A DNA stretch of 62,734 nt, counting the filler, from Candidatus Babelota bacterium (GTDB lineage: Bacteria; JAGOBX01), in assembly GCA_017999075.1 (NCBI GenBank). It is 8 parts of 8 records of this genome, joined end to end, with 100 filler letters (N's around TTAATTAATTAA, not from the genome) between each part and the next. Parts side by side here need not be neighbours in the genome. Positions count along the whole stretch, not along the records: positions 6,752 to 22,031 come from JAGOBX010000027.1; positions 22,132 to 37,403 come from JAGOBX010000028.1; 6 more parts are not named here. The stretch is one strand, 5' to 3'. The first letter of the stretch is position 1; the number at the start of each line of letters is the position of its first letter. Below the pieces are notes generated by a model. It saw only the letters and a list, made by a program, of their open reading frames with translations. It ran no database searches and was not told the origin of the DNA. Shown here piece by piece: positions 21,378 to 34,600 of this stretch. The translations under genes were made by a program, and so were the position numbers.

Positions 21378-21491
21378 GATTTATAATTTTTGCGCTTATG
21401 CCGTTTACATTGAATATTTTAAATCCGGTTATTAAATTAATAATTCCAAAAACTGCATTAGATATTGAAAAAATTTTTGTCTTGACTTTTG

Positions 21492-21689
21492 TCAATGATT
21501 TTGCTTTTTATCAAATCTTTTTTTTACAGCATTTGTCGGATAAAGTTTAGCAAATAAATTTTGTTGCCATTTGATAAATTTACTGATACAGTTCTGGCAA
21601 ATATTAACATTACAATTATCTTCAATTTTCAATTGATGGAATTCTACATTATAATTGTCGATTGATTTTTTACATAATTCACACTTTAT
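21492..21689 (-). CDS. Unannotated 65-aa CxxC...CxxC putative zinc-binding protein with ATA start
   Basis: Reads (I/M)KCELCKKSIDNYNVEFHQLKIEDNCNVNICQNCISKFIKWQQNLFAKLYPTNAVKKRFDKKQNH*; AAGGA 8 nt upstream of ATA. Confidence 0.6.
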   Translation of the reverse strand: MKCELCKKSIDNYNVEFHQLKIEDNCNVNICQNCISKFIKWQQNLFAKLYPTNAVKKRFDKKQNH

Positions 21690-21810
21690 AAATATAATCC
21701 TTTAATTTCTTTGCTCACGAATATATTGAATTATCATTCACTCATACAAAACACCCACTATTTCACTAAAATATCCCTCTGCCCTAAACTATCTCCATAT
21801 AAAAACTAGT

Positions 21811-21945
21811 TTATTTCTGGGAACTTTTTTTAAAATTATTATAAAATGTTTTTTTTGAAATACCCAGCATTTCAGCAATTTGTGTTTGAGTTAAACCTTT
21901 ATTTAATAAATTTTTTATTTCCATGTACTCCTCCATTTTTATCAT
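21811..21945 (-). mobile_element. Truncated HTH ORF resembling the N-terminus of an IS21-family IstA transposase (remnant)
   Basis: MIKMEEYMEIKNLLNKGLTQTQIAEMLGISKKTFYNNFKKSSQK*; no DDE domain follows. Confidence 0.5.
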
Positions 21946-22288
21946 ATATGTGCCTATATTAAAATAAAATGACATATTATAATATAATAAATTTTTAACT
22001 TTAACCTTTTTTTCTGGTTATTTATTTTTTTNNNNNNNNNNNNNNNNNNNNNNNNNNNNNNNNNNNNNNNNNNNNTTAATTAATTAANNNNNNNNNNNNN
22101 NNNNNNNNNNNNNNNNNNNNNNNNNNNNNNNCGATTATTGAATTTTTAATATACATCGTTAATTTTGATTAAAAAAAATATTTAATAATAAGCATAGTAA
22201 TTTAAACCGAAAAATGCAATAAACTTTTTTTAAGTTTCCATCTCATAAAACTCAAAAAAAATATTATTTTGATATTTTAATATTTTTC

Positions 22289-22317
22289 TTGCTAATTTAA
22301 AATTTTACAATTATACT
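22289..22317 (+). promoter_or_regulatory. sigma70-like promoter of the hybrid kinase
   Basis: TTGCTA-N17-TATACT. Confidence 0.45.
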
Positions 22318-22383
22318 TATAATAGGGTTATGCTTTGAGTTCATATTCAAATTTATTATTTTAAAAATAAAAAAAGAGGATTT

Positions 22384-25350
22384 ATGAAAAAAGAATCTTC
22401 TTCAAATCAAAAAGTCATTAATTTCATTGAAAATCAGAAAGAAAATATTATTTTAAAAAATATTTTTAGGATTTCGTTATTTCAATGGATTCTGATTTTT
22501 TCTTTAATTGTAAGTTTATTTATAATTTTTATAGGCATTTACACATTGTCATCCAGCCGTGAATATATAGTTAAAGATGCAAAAATTCAAAGTGAAAATC
22601 TTGCTCATTCCATTAATAATAATATTACAAATACATTTGAACGGATTGATCATGTTTTGTTTTCAGTAATTAATGAAGTTGAAAAAAATATTAGAATTAC
22701 AGGAAAGCTTGATTTGAATTATATAAATAATGTTATTACATTTGAAAAAAAATTTATTCCTGAAGCAGTTGCTATTCGTGTAACTAACAGTCAGGGACAA
22801 CTAATTTTGGGTAATACTTCCGCAAATCAATCAACCAATTTTTCAGACCGCCTATTTTTTAGTTATCTGCGGGATCATACTGAATCAAGACTTTTCATCA
22901 CCAAACCATTTATAGGAAAAATTACAAAAAGATGGATTATAGCATTATCAAGGCGTTACAATCATAGTGACGGGAGTTTCGGAGGGATTGTGACCACAGC
23001 TCTTTACATAGAACATTTTCAAAAGTTACTTTCAGAATTTGATCCTGGAATCAGCGGAATGCTTACTTTGAGGGATTCGGAAGGCGGATTTGTAGCGAGG
23101 CATCCGAATGTCGTTAAAGGAAAAACTCTTTCAGTAGGAGATAAAACATTTTCGACTGAACTTTGGGAAATTATCAAATCCGGAGTTAGTAAAAAGACAT
23201 ATTTTGCTACTGCCCCTTTTGATGAAACATTCCGGACTTTAACATATCAGCGTATAAATGTAGCTCCGTTTTTTATAGTTGCAAGTGTAGCGGAAGAAGA
23301 TTATCTGAATAACTGGTATGCAAACAGAAAAGTTTTAATAATAATTATAGCGTCTTTTCTTATTATATTTTGGGTTTCTATTTTAATACTTAGACATTAT
23401 TGGAACGAACGTTTGAACACTGCTGCAAAACTTAGAATGACAGAAGAAAAATTATCAAACAATTTAAAATTGCTGAGTGAAATTGAAAAAATAGGACATG
23501 TCGGAGGCTGGGAGTTCAATATTGATACAATGAAACAAATATGGACTGATGAAGTTTATAAGATACATGAAATTGAACCGAATTTTGAACTTACGGTGGA
23601 TAAAGGGATCGGATTTTATTCGCCTTCTTCAAAAGCTGTCATTGAAAATGCGGTTAAACGCGCAATAGAACATTATGAACCGTTTAACGTAGAATTAGAA
23701 ATAATCACAGCTAAAGGAAATAGTAAATGGATTAATGCTATTGGAAAATCTGATATTGAAAACCGCAGGGTATATGGATTTTTTCAGGATATCACTGAAA
23801 AAAAAAGAACAGCAGAAATTATTGAAACAAGTGAAAAAAAATATAAAAATTTGTTTGCTTATATGTTAGACGGATTTGCGATTCATGAAATCATACTTGA
23901 TGATAAAAATTATCCGATTGATTATCGTTTTATTGAAGTTAATCCTGCTTTTGAAGCTTTAACAGGATTAAAAGCTAATGATATAATTGGGAAAAAAGTG
24001 ACTGAAGTTCATCCAGGAATAGAAAAATATAATCCTGATTTTATCAGAATATACGGCAATGTAGTATTAACTGGAAAACCTGCGTCATTTGAGACATATT
24101 TTGAACCGCAAAATCACTGGTATTTTATATCTGCATTCAAGACGGAAAAAAATCAATTCGCGGTTATATTTGTTGACATATCAGAACAAAAAAAATTAGA
24201 ACAACAGCTTATTTATTCGGAAAAACTTTCAGCTGTTGGTCAGCTGGCAGCGGGTATAGCGCATGAATTCAACAATATTCTTGCGATAAATAATTGTAAT
24301 GCTAAACTGTTAAGCATGCTTTGTTCTGAAATTGAAGGCAGTAAAAAAAATGAATTATTGGAATGTGTTAACACTATTATTGATTCAGGAAAATGCGGAG
24401 CTGAGATTGTGCAAAATATGATGACAATAGCAAAACCGCAGCCCCCTAAAAAAAGTTTATCTCTGATTTCAGATATTATTGATAATGCGCTCAAACTTCA
24501 AAAACAGCAGTTAGAAATTGAGAATATTAAAATTATAAAAAATTATCAGTTGAAATTAAAAGATTACTATGATGTCAGTCAGATGCAGCAAGTATTTTTA
24601 AATTTAATCATAAATGCGCGTCATGCCATGAAAAATAAAGGTTGCGGTGAAATAATGATTTCAATTGAAGAAATGGAAAACGATAAAATTATTTATTTCA
24701 GAGATAATGGTCGCGGAATGAGCAGAGATATTCAGAAAAAAATTTTCACTCCGTTTTTTACAACTAAAGGGGCATTTGCAAATAATGATTTAGGGATAAG
24801 CGGAAGCGGATTAGGATTATCGGTTTCATATCAGATAATTAAAAATCATAATGGAACGATTAGAGTTGAAAGCGAAGAAGGAAAAGGAACAACGTTTATT
24901 ATTGCGATGCCTATTGATAAGAAAATAATGAATAATGCTGAAGATAATAAGATACAAAAAAATGCTGAAATCGGCGATGTCGGGAAAAAATTAAGGATTT
25001 TGTTTGTAGATGATGAACCATTATTTTTAAAGACTGTTGAGAAATTGTTTCATAAAATAGGATATGAAAATATATATATTGCTTATTCAGGAAAGGAAGC
25101 GTTTGAAATAATTAAGAAAAACGAGCTGGATTTGGTATTTCTTGACCTGTTGTTGCCTGATATGAAAGGAGAAAAAATATACGATGAAATCCGCAAGTTA
25201 AAAAAAGATATCCCTATAATATTTATGTCAGGGCAGGTAGAATTAAATGGGGGTATTTTACAAAAAGAAAAACAAGCTTTTGCTTATATTCAGAAGCCTT
25301 TTGACATAGATAAAGTGAAAATTATTTTAGACACGCTGCCAAAAATTTAA
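22384..25350 (+). CDS. Hybrid sensor histidine kinase (Cache-like, two PAS, HisKA, HATPase, REC)
   Basis: GQLAAGIAHEFNN H-box, NLIINA, DNGRG, PFFTTK, GSGLGL, C-terminal VDDE..LDLLLP..KPF. Confidence 0.95.
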   Translation: MKKESSSNQKVINFIENQKENIILKNIFRISLFQWILIFSLIVSLFIIFIGIYTLSSSREYIVKDAKIQSENLAHSINNNITNTFERIDHVLFSVINEVEKNIRITGKLDLNYINNVITFEKKFIPEAVAIRVTNSQGQLILGNTSANQSTNFSDRLFFSYLRDHTESRLFITKPFIGKITKRWIIALSRRYNHSDGSFGGIVTTALYIEHFQKLLSEFDPGISGMLTLRDSEGGFVARHPNVVKGKTLSVGDKTFSTELWEIIKSGVSKKTYFATAPFDETFRTLTYQRINVAPFFIVASVAEEDYLNNWYANRKVLIIIIASFLIIFWVSILILRHYWNERLNTAAKLRMTEEKLSNNLKLLSEIEKIGHVGGWEFNIDTMKQIWTDEVYKIHEIEPNFELTVDKGIGFYSPSSKAVIENAVKRAIEHYEPFNVELEIITAKGNSKWINAIGKSDIENRRVYGFFQDITEKKRTAEIIETSEKKYKNLFAYMLDGFAIHEIILDDKNYPIDYRFIEVNPAFEALTGLKANDIIGKKVTEVHPGIEKYNPDFIRIYGNVVLTGKPASFETYFEPQNHWYFISAFKTEKNQFAVIFVDISEQKKLEQQLIYSEKLSAVGQLAAGIAHEFNNILAINNCNAKLLSMLCSEIEGSKKNELLECVNTIIDSGKCGAEIVQNMMTIAKPQPPKKSLSLISDIIDNALKLQKQQLEIENIKIIKNYQLKLKDYYDVSQMQQVFLNLIINARHAMKNKGCGEIMISIEEMENDKIIYFRDNGRGMSRDIQKKIFTPFFTTKGAFANNDLGISGSGLGLSVSYQIIKNHNGTIRVESEEGKGTTFIIAMPIDKKIMNNAEDNKIQKNAEIGDVGKKLRILFVDDEPLFLKTVEKLFHKIGYENIYIAYSGKEAFEIIKKNELDLVFLDLLLPDMKGEKIYDEIRKLKKDIPIIFMSGQVELNGGILQKEKQAFAYIQKPFDIDKVKIILDTLPKI

Positions 25351-25418
25351 ACCTTATTTTTCACCACTTGAGGATAAATAATTCTTAAATATATAAATAT
25401 TGCATTGGATTTATTAAT

Positions 25419-25462
25419 TTCAGTTTTTTGCCTTATTTGATTCAGGTTTTTGCCTTATTTGA
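25419..25462. repeat. 22-bp tandem direct repeat (2 copies, 1 mismatch)
   Basis: TTCAGTTTTTTGCCTTATTTGA / TTCAGGTTTTTGCCTTATTTGA. Confidence 0.85.
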
Positions 25463-25498
25463 GAAATACGTTAAAAAACACAAAAATTGACTTTAAGA

Positions 25499-25527
25499 TT
25501 GACTATAAATATAAAATATTTTATACT
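25499..25527 (+). promoter_or_regulatory. sigma70-like promoter of the giant TPR gene
   Basis: TTGACT-N17-TATACT; a second TTGACT-N17-TATAAA starts 12 nt upstream. Confidence 0.55.
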
Positions 25528-25615
25528 TACACTTTGGTAATAGTTCCTAAATTCAGTTAAAATCCGCTAAATAATTAAAAAAACGGATATATATAATATA
25601 TATTTGGAGAATATT

Positions 25616-28600
25616 ATGGGCAACTTTGTAAAAAAAATATTATTAATGTTTGTAATAATATTAATTATATTTTCTGCATCCAATCTTACTGCAGTGGATA
25701 ATTATAACAGATTGTATGATTTATATAAAAAAGGTGATTTTGTAACTTTAAAAAAAGTACTTGTAAAAGAAACAGATATAATAACCCGCGATAAAAAAAT
25801 TAATGAAAAGGTTTATACTGATATAACATTAAAATTCAATGACAGAAATTTAACTGAACATTATTTAAAATCGGCGCTGAAAAATGCCGGGAATCAAAGT
25901 TTATGGCTTAAACGGCTTGCTTTATTTTATATTGAGACAAAAAAGCACGATGAAATATATTATTTGACTTTGAATTATAAAAAAATTTCTGTTGAAGATG
26001 AGGTTGTATTATATCATTTCGGATTATCAAATGCTGAGCGAAACAAACTTGCGCAGGCAGAAGAGTTTTTTAAATCTGCAATATCATTAAATCCTTTTTA
26101 TAAAGACGCATACAGGGAACTGAGTAAAATTTATGACAAAAAAACCGACAAACAGTTTAATATAAAGTTAATTGAAAGTTATCTTCAAATTGTCGGGAAT
26201 GACTGGGATTTTTTTATTAAACTTGCCGATTTGTATTATAATACAGGTAAAGACAATGAATTTATATCTCTTCTTGACAAAATTTTTCAAATGTCAAAAG
26301 ATGAGAAATTCCGTCAAAAATATTTAAAATTAAGCATTGACCGCGCTAGAGAAAATGTCTTAAAAAGTAATTATGCGTCAGTTGAAAATTACGGACGTTT
26401 TTTTTACAAATTCTATCCAAACAGTTTTATTTCAAATTATTCAAACGGGATTTCAGCTTATTCAAAAAAGAATTATGATAATGCGATAGCATTTTTGTCG
26501 GTTGCAGTCAATCTTGATAAAACATATTCTGAAACATACAGATATCTTGGTGAATCATATTTTTATATTAATAAAAATGACAAAGCTGAAGAATGTCTTA
26601 ATACTTATATATCGAAGTTGGGAAAAACGAGAGATTTGAAAGTTGAAGATATGCTTGCAAAATTAAAGTTCAAGCTTGACAAGAAAGAGGATGCGATTCA
26701 GGGATATGAGAAAGTCGCAAAAACAGATAAAAGTTATGAGTCATTTTATAATCTTGCATTTGTTCAAGAAAAACAGGGAAATATAGAAGAAGCTATAAAA
26801 AATTACAGAAAAGTGCTTGAACTTAAACAGGATTGGGAAAGCGTGTATTACAGATTGGCAGAATTGTATTTGAAAAAATTTCAATTTGATGAAGCAGACA
26901 GATTATTGGAAAAATGTTTGAAAAAATTTCCATCCTCGTCAAAAACAGATTTATTATTCGGTAAAATTAAATTCGGGTTAAACAAACTTGATTTGTCTCA
27001 GAAATATTTTGACCGGGCTTTTTCGAGCGGTCATAAACCTGATACTGAAACAAATTTGATGCTGGGTTATATAGCATATCAATCTGGAAAACTTGAAAAA
27101 GCAGTATCTTTAATTGAAGGACAATACAATTTTGTCACGATAAAACAGGGAAGTAAAAATATAGATTTTTCAGAAGTGATAGAAGACATATACAGAAAAC
27201 TCGGATTAAAATATTTTGAAGCGTTCAAATTAGATGTTTCTCTTGAATATTTTGAAAAAGTATTGTCAATAGATAAATCTGATTTCACAGCATTGACTCA
27301 TTCCGGTAAAATTTATTTTGCTCTTGGGGATATAAATAAAACATACGTAAAATTGTGGCTTGCAGTAAAATTAAATGAAAAAGACAATAATGTCAATTTA
27401 TTATATTCAAGGGCAGCTTATTATAAAAAACAGAATACGGATTGTATATATTTTCTTAATAAAATTCTGCAAACTGATCAAAAAAATGTTGAAGTGCTGA
27501 CTTTTTTAGGAACAGTTTATGAGGAAGAGTCAGACTATACGTCTGCTTTAAAAATTTTTGAGAAACTTTCAAAAATTACTCCTAAAACAGAGTATTTTTT
27601 TAAACTTGCCGAATTATATGAAAAAACGAATCAGATAAACAAATCAATAGAATTATATGAAAAATATTCCGAACATGAAACCTCGAATATAAAAGTATTA
27701 TTAAAACTTGCAGAATATTATTATGAATCTGGAAATTTTGAGAAATCAAAAAAATATATTAAAGATATTCTTAACGGAGAACGAAAAGACGATAAGGCTT
27801 ATTACTTATCCGGTATGATAAAAAAAAAGACGGGAAATTCTAATTCTGCAATAATAGATTTTGAAAATTCAATACGGATGCAGACTAAAATACCTGAAGT
27901 TTATTTTGAATTGGCATCTTTGTATATCAGCTATCGGGAATATTCAGGCGCGTTAAACGTAATTGAGAAAGGGTTGAGAGTTTTACCGGATAATCAAAAA
28001 TTAGTAAAACAAAAAGTCAATTGCCTTCTTGATTTAGGGAGAATTGAATCAGCAGAGCAGATAGCGGTTAAATACGGTATAACAGATAATGAATTGAATT
28101 CAAAAATATTTTCATCCAAAATCGGGTCTGCAAAAAAATCTTTTATGGAAGGAAAATTTGCCGAAGCCAGAGAACAACTCCAACCATTAATGAAATTGGA
28201 TAAATTCAACCTTGAATTTTCAGAATTATACATATCTGTTTTATATAATCTTTCTGAATTTAAATCAATCAGCGAGTTTTATAATGAAATAAAAGGATCA
28301 GTTCAGATAAATGATTTGGTGAAAAAATATGTTTTAAAATCATTAATAAAATTAAAAAAATATAATGAAGCGGAACTGCTTTTCAATGAAATTAAAAATC
28401 CCCCAAAAGAAATTTTATACGATGCCTTAAATATTTTTGAATCTTTAAACAAACAGCAACGCAAAATTGAGACACTAAAGATTCTTATTTCAGAAAATGT
28501 TAAAGACATCGAACTGCATAAACAAATTATACAATATTACATATCTGAAAACAATTTGAATGAAGCAATTGAAACATTATCAAAATCATCAAAAATTTTT

Positions 28601-31600
28601 GATTTATCTCAAAAAGAATCTTCAGATTTAACATATTTATCTGCAGAAATATATTTGAAAAAAAAAGATATTTCAAATGCTGAAAAATATTATTCAATTC
28701 TTCTTGAAAACAAAAAATATAGAAGTTTATCAGCATTAAAAATAGGCAATATAAAATATTTATCAGGAGATTATAAAGAAGCGTCAAAATATTATGAAAT
28801 AACGGCATCAGATAACAATTATAGAAAAACGGTTTCAGAAGTTTTATCATACTGTTATCTTAATATAGGATTATCATTGTATAACAGTAAAAATTTTACA
28901 GAATCATTATCCAGTTTAATTAAATCATCATCATACAATTTTTCTGATTACAGGCCGTTTTATTATTGCGGGCTGATATTGCTGAACCAAAATAAAATAA
29001 AGGAATGTTTCGAATATTTTTTGAAAGCAAATTCTATCAAAGAAGGATGCATGGATGTAAATTATTATTTGGGTTCTGCATATTACGCATTAAAACAATA
29101 TGATAAATCAGAAATAGAATTTCAAAAATCGCTTAAACAAAAAGTGTTTCCTGATGTTTATATAAAACTAGGGGATATTTCAGTTTTAAAAAAAGAGTAT
29201 GAAACAGCAATTAATTATTATAGAAGCGCATTAAGTTCTGTTGCGGCTGGTGATGAAAAAAAACGGATTTTATTTGAACTTGGGAAAATATATGAAATTT
29301 TAAAAGAAACTGATAAATCTATAGAATATTATGAAAAATATTTTGCTGAAAATTCATCAGACGCAAAAATAATATTGAAACTTGCTGAATTATATAAAAT
29401 ATCTAACGAACTTACCAAATCAAAAGATTTTTATAACAGGTACCTGAAGCTTGAATCCAATCCTGAAATTTTAATTGAAACTGCTCGAATAGAAATGCAG
29501 GCAGGTGATTATAAAAATGCAGAGTATAAACTGAAATCAATGTTGAAAGGTAAATACAGGATAGAATCTTTGAAACATTTATCGGTTATATCAGCGATAA
29601 CCAACAGACATTCTGAAGCAGTAAAATATTTCAATGAAATAAAAGAATTGAAAAATTATAATGAATCAGAACTTAAACTTATAGCTAAATCAGCATTATC
29701 CGAACAATTTTATGAAACAGCAGAAAAATTATATTCGAATTTTGAAAGCGATAATAAATTAAAGCGGGAGATAGCGTTAACTAAATATAATATTGCATTG
29801 AAATTTTTCAAACTTAAAAATTATGATAAAGCAATAGCTAAAGTTATTGAATCAATAAAATTTGAAACTGCGGAACATGCTGTTTTGCTTCTTGCAAAAT
29901 CATATTATAATTCAGGAAAAATAAATGAAGCCGAACAAGTTCTTGAATTGAATCAAAATGCGAACAAAAACAAAGATTATGACTGGCTTTTGGGATTCAT
30001 TCATTACAAAAACAAAAAATATAATCGAGCCATTCCATACCTTGAAAAATTTAAAAATGATCCGCAGGTTATGCCTGCGCTTGCTGAAATTTACGGGTAT
30101 GTAAACTCAAACAAACAGCAAATAGAAATATTAACAAAACTTGCAGCTAAGAATCCTGATGACACAAGGATCGCATTTGAACTTGGGGTTTCTTTATATA
30201 ATATCGGAAACTATCAGGAATCGGAAAAATATTTAATAAAAAATTTCGGATTTATAAAACCATACAAACAGGATTTATCTGCTTATTATCTAGGCAAGAT
30301 TTATTTTGAACAGAAGAAATTCAAAGAGTGTGTTAAATATATTCAGCCGCAATATAAAAACATCGGAAATAATCTTGAAGTTAATTATATGCTTGGCGCA
30401 TCTTATTTTAGCTTGAACGATTATTCGAGTTCTCTTCAATATCTTACAAAGATAAGTGAAAAAAGCGAATATTATCAATATTCATCTGAAAAACTCGGAA
30501 TGATATATATAAAATTAGGAGAAACGGAATATCAGAAAAAGAACTATGTTTCATCGGCAAAATATTATGAGTTATCTCTGAAATTTAAACCTGTTTACGA
30601 AACTCTGATTAAACTCGGCGACATTTTTAAAATTCAGAATAATTTTAAAATTGCAGCTGAATATTATGAAAAATCGGTTAAATTCAATAATAAATCTGCA
30701 GAACCGTTTCAAAAACTTGCTGAACTTAATTTTGCGAATAAGAATGCTGAATCAGGAATAAAATATCTGGAAACCGCTTTCAAAATCGATGGAAATGTTG
30801 AAACCGCGTCAAAAATCACAGAATATTTTTTGAAACAAAAAGATTATAAAACATCGTTGTATTATCTGAAATTCGTTGAAAAAAATGATAAAACAGTTAT
30901 ATCTGAAAAATTGGGGAACTTGTATTTTGAGACAGGAGATATGGCTAATGCTGTGAAATATTATAACCAGGCATTAGATTCAGATAAAAAAAACCATTCA
31001 ATTCTTGCCAGATTATCGAAAATATATTTAATTACTAAGAATTATTCTGAAGCTGAAAAACATATTGATTCTGCAATAAAACTTGAACAATCGAATCCGG
31101 ATTATCATTTTTTAGCGGCGCAGATAAAAACAGGCTTGAATAAGTTTGATGAAGCGGCAGAACGTTTTGAAACTGCAAAAAAAAATGGAATGACAGGAGA
31201 AACTATAGAAATTTACGGAGCTGATTTGTCATACAGAAAAAATGATTTTAAGAAAAGCGTTGAATTATATAAAAAAATATTATCAACCCATCCTAATGAA
31301 AAATTATATATTTACAGAATAGGTTATTCATACATGCGGATGTCAGATTATGTTTCTGCGGAAACATATTTAAAACAGATACCGGTATTTATGGATTCAT
31401 CAAAATTATTGGCGCAATGCTATGAATATTTCGGAGATTCAAATTATTCATATTCAAAAATTGATAAAGCAATAGAATATTATAATATTTCATTAAAATA
31501 TAGTTATTCCGCAGCAGTTGAATACAAGATTGCCGATTGTTATAAAAAGAGCGGGAATGCAGAGCTGGCGCTTGAAAAGTTTAAAGTTCTTGCCGGGAAA

Positions 31601-34600
31601 AAAATATATAGTCCTGAAAAAATAAATTCCGAGATAGGATTATTGTATTTTGAAAAAAGGCAGTATGATATATCAAAATCTTATCTTGAAACAGGAGAAA
31701 AAAACGAAAAAACATTAAATGCGCTTTCTAAGATATACGATGAACTTGCAGACAGCAAAAAACGAATAGAAACCTTAATAAAACTAAGAGATAAAGTAAA
31801 AGATTCGCTGCAGTACGATATTGAAATAGCTGTATTGCAAATGAAGACAGGCGATTATGATAACGCTCTTGAATCGTTTTTAAAATTAAAAGAAATTAAA
31901 TTGACCGGTCCTCAAGAGTTACTTGTTACGATGTATTTGGCAGAAATATATTTCAATAAAAATAATTTTAAAACTGCTCTGAACTATTATTCGGCTGCAT
32001 TTGAAAAAGATTCTTCCAATAAAAAAATAATATTTGGAATTGCCAGAACTTATTATTCGTTAAACAAGTGGCAGGAAAGCATAAATTTATTCAATCAAAT
32101 TTATGCTGTAAAAGAATATAAAGAAGATGCAGGCAAGTATTTATTTTCCGCATATAAAAAAATTGCTGAAGAAAAATTCAATGCGGGGCAATACAAGGAA
32201 TCGGTAAAATATTATGATTCTGCTTATTCTTACAACCAATCGGATTGGGAATCGCTGTATAAAATAGGGGAATGCTATTACAGATTATCAGATATGGTGG
32301 ATGCAGAACAATATTTTATATTAAGCAGAAATGTGAATAAGACTAATTATAAGATATACGAATATTTATATAGAATAAACCTGACGTTAAATAAGGAATC
32401 CGAAGCTCTTTATTATTTAAAACAGGCAATTCAGTTAAAACCCGGTTTTGAATATTATTTTGAATCAGCTATGCTTAATGAAAAGAACGGGAATATAAAT
32501 GAAGCAATCGAAAACTATAATTCTGCGCTTAAATATAAAGAAGACGGAAAATTGAGAACTAAACTGTCTGAATTGTTTTTAACGCAGAAGAATTTGTCGC
32601 AAAGCATATCTCAGCTTGAACAATATTTGGAAAAAAATCCTAAAGACATTAAAACAATAAAAGATTTATTAGAAAGGTTAAACTCGGCAAAAAAATTCGA
32701 TGATATGAATAAATACATTAAAATAATGCAGTCGGTATCGCCTTCCGAAAAATCATTATTTTATTATAAAGGGATACTTGAATATTATTCCGGAAAAAAA
32801 GAAGCTGCATTCGAATTTTTTAAGAATGCGGTATCAACCGGTTATGAAAATCCGGAATTATTCGGGAAAATAGCAGAAATGTATTTTTTAAACGGGTATC
32901 TTGATTTAGCATACAAATATTATAAAACTGCATTCGGGTTATCAAGTTCAAATTTAAAGTTCGCTTATAATTCTGGAAAATGTGCATTACTGCTTGAAAA
33001 ATTCAGTGAAGCAGTTGATTATCTTACAAAATCCGAAAATTATCAGGGAAGCAAAATTATTTTATCTGAAACATACAGAGCTATTGCAAAGAAGGATATG
33101 AAAAATAAAGATTACCGTAAAGCTGTTGAGAATATAGAAAAAGCAGCTTCAGTTTACGATCATATAGTTTTGCATATTGATTTGGCTGAAATATATTATG
33201 AAACAAGAGATTACAATAAGGTAATTTCAGTGCTGGAGAACATACCTGTCGCTTCTTCAAAGGAAACAACTGATATAAACAGGATATTAGGATTGTCTTA
33301 TTATTATCTGGGTGAACTTAAAAAATCACATGATTTTTTAAAATTAAAAAAAATCGATGCAGCAACAGTTTCTGTGTTTTATAATATTAATCGTATTATA
33401 AATTTTTCTGATAATGCTGATAACGCTGATAACGCTGATAACGCTGATAATGCTGATAACGCTGATAATGTTGATAACGCTGATAACGCCGTAAACGCCG
33501 TAAACGCCGTAAACGCCGTAAACACGGAAAGTTTTTATAAAGAAATTTTAAATACAGGAATAGACACCCCTTCAATTTTATATGAAATGTCAATATTTTT
33601 TGCTGAGAAAGATAAAAAAATATCAATTGCATTGATAGAAAAAACATTATCGTCTTCTGCTATAAGCCCTGAACTTAAAGTCAAAGCTTCGCTGCATCAG
33701 GGATATTTGTTTTATTTAGACGGTAAAATAAATAAGTCTTCAGAAATATTAAATTCGGTATTAAAAAACGTTAAAACGAAATCAGATGATAATATTTTAT
33801 ATTTGGCAGCGCTTGTGACTTATAAGAATTCAGATTATAAGGATTTTTTTAAATATTATAATTCGATAAAAACTCAGGAATTTAAAAATAAACTAAAGGG
33901 ATTTGCGGAGAAAGCCTACGGAATTTACGGAGCTCAATTAATTGAATTAAAAAAAATTGATGAAGCTGTTAAAATATTTGAAGAAGCAGTATCAAGATTT
34001 CCTGATAATACAGAACATTTGATAAATCTTGCTGATTGCCGTTACATTAAATCTGATTATGCCGGAGCTTCAGAATATTATTTGAAAGCAGAGAAAAAAG
34101 ATAAGAATTCAATAAACTCGAGAAAACCACAATATATAAAATCACTGTTTGAAACAAAAAAATATGATTATGCATACAAGATTATTTCAGGTGAAAAAAT
34201 AACAGGATTTGAAATGTCAGTTATTGCCGGAGATATCTGCATTAAAACAGGCAGAGATGAAGAAGCTTCGGAATATTATTCGAAAGCATTATTATTAAAG
34301 ACTGATGTGAATCTGCTGTCGGCATTAACCGATATTTTCATAAAAACTCAAAAATATGAAAAAGCCATTAAATATTATATCATGATTGCAGATATGACTA
34401 AGGATGTTTATTTAAACTCAAAGATTGCGGAATTATTCTTGAAGATAAATGATAAACAAAATGCTCTTGAATATTTCATAAAATCAGGGATTCAGACAGA
34501 AGAGGTATATTCGAAAATTATTAAATTATCTTACGGTCTTGATAAAACAGATATTGCTTTGAATTACTTAAAACGTTTTGATCGTACGTCTAAACTCACT

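Noticed and set aside
33410-33526. CRISPR array
   Set aside because: Contiguous 9-bp units with no spacers, in frame within a CDS; no cas genes
33396-33647. Antisense ORF with RRLRRL/YQRYQH repeats
   Set aside because: Shadow of the 9-bp repeat in the TPR gene; no RBS or independent evidence
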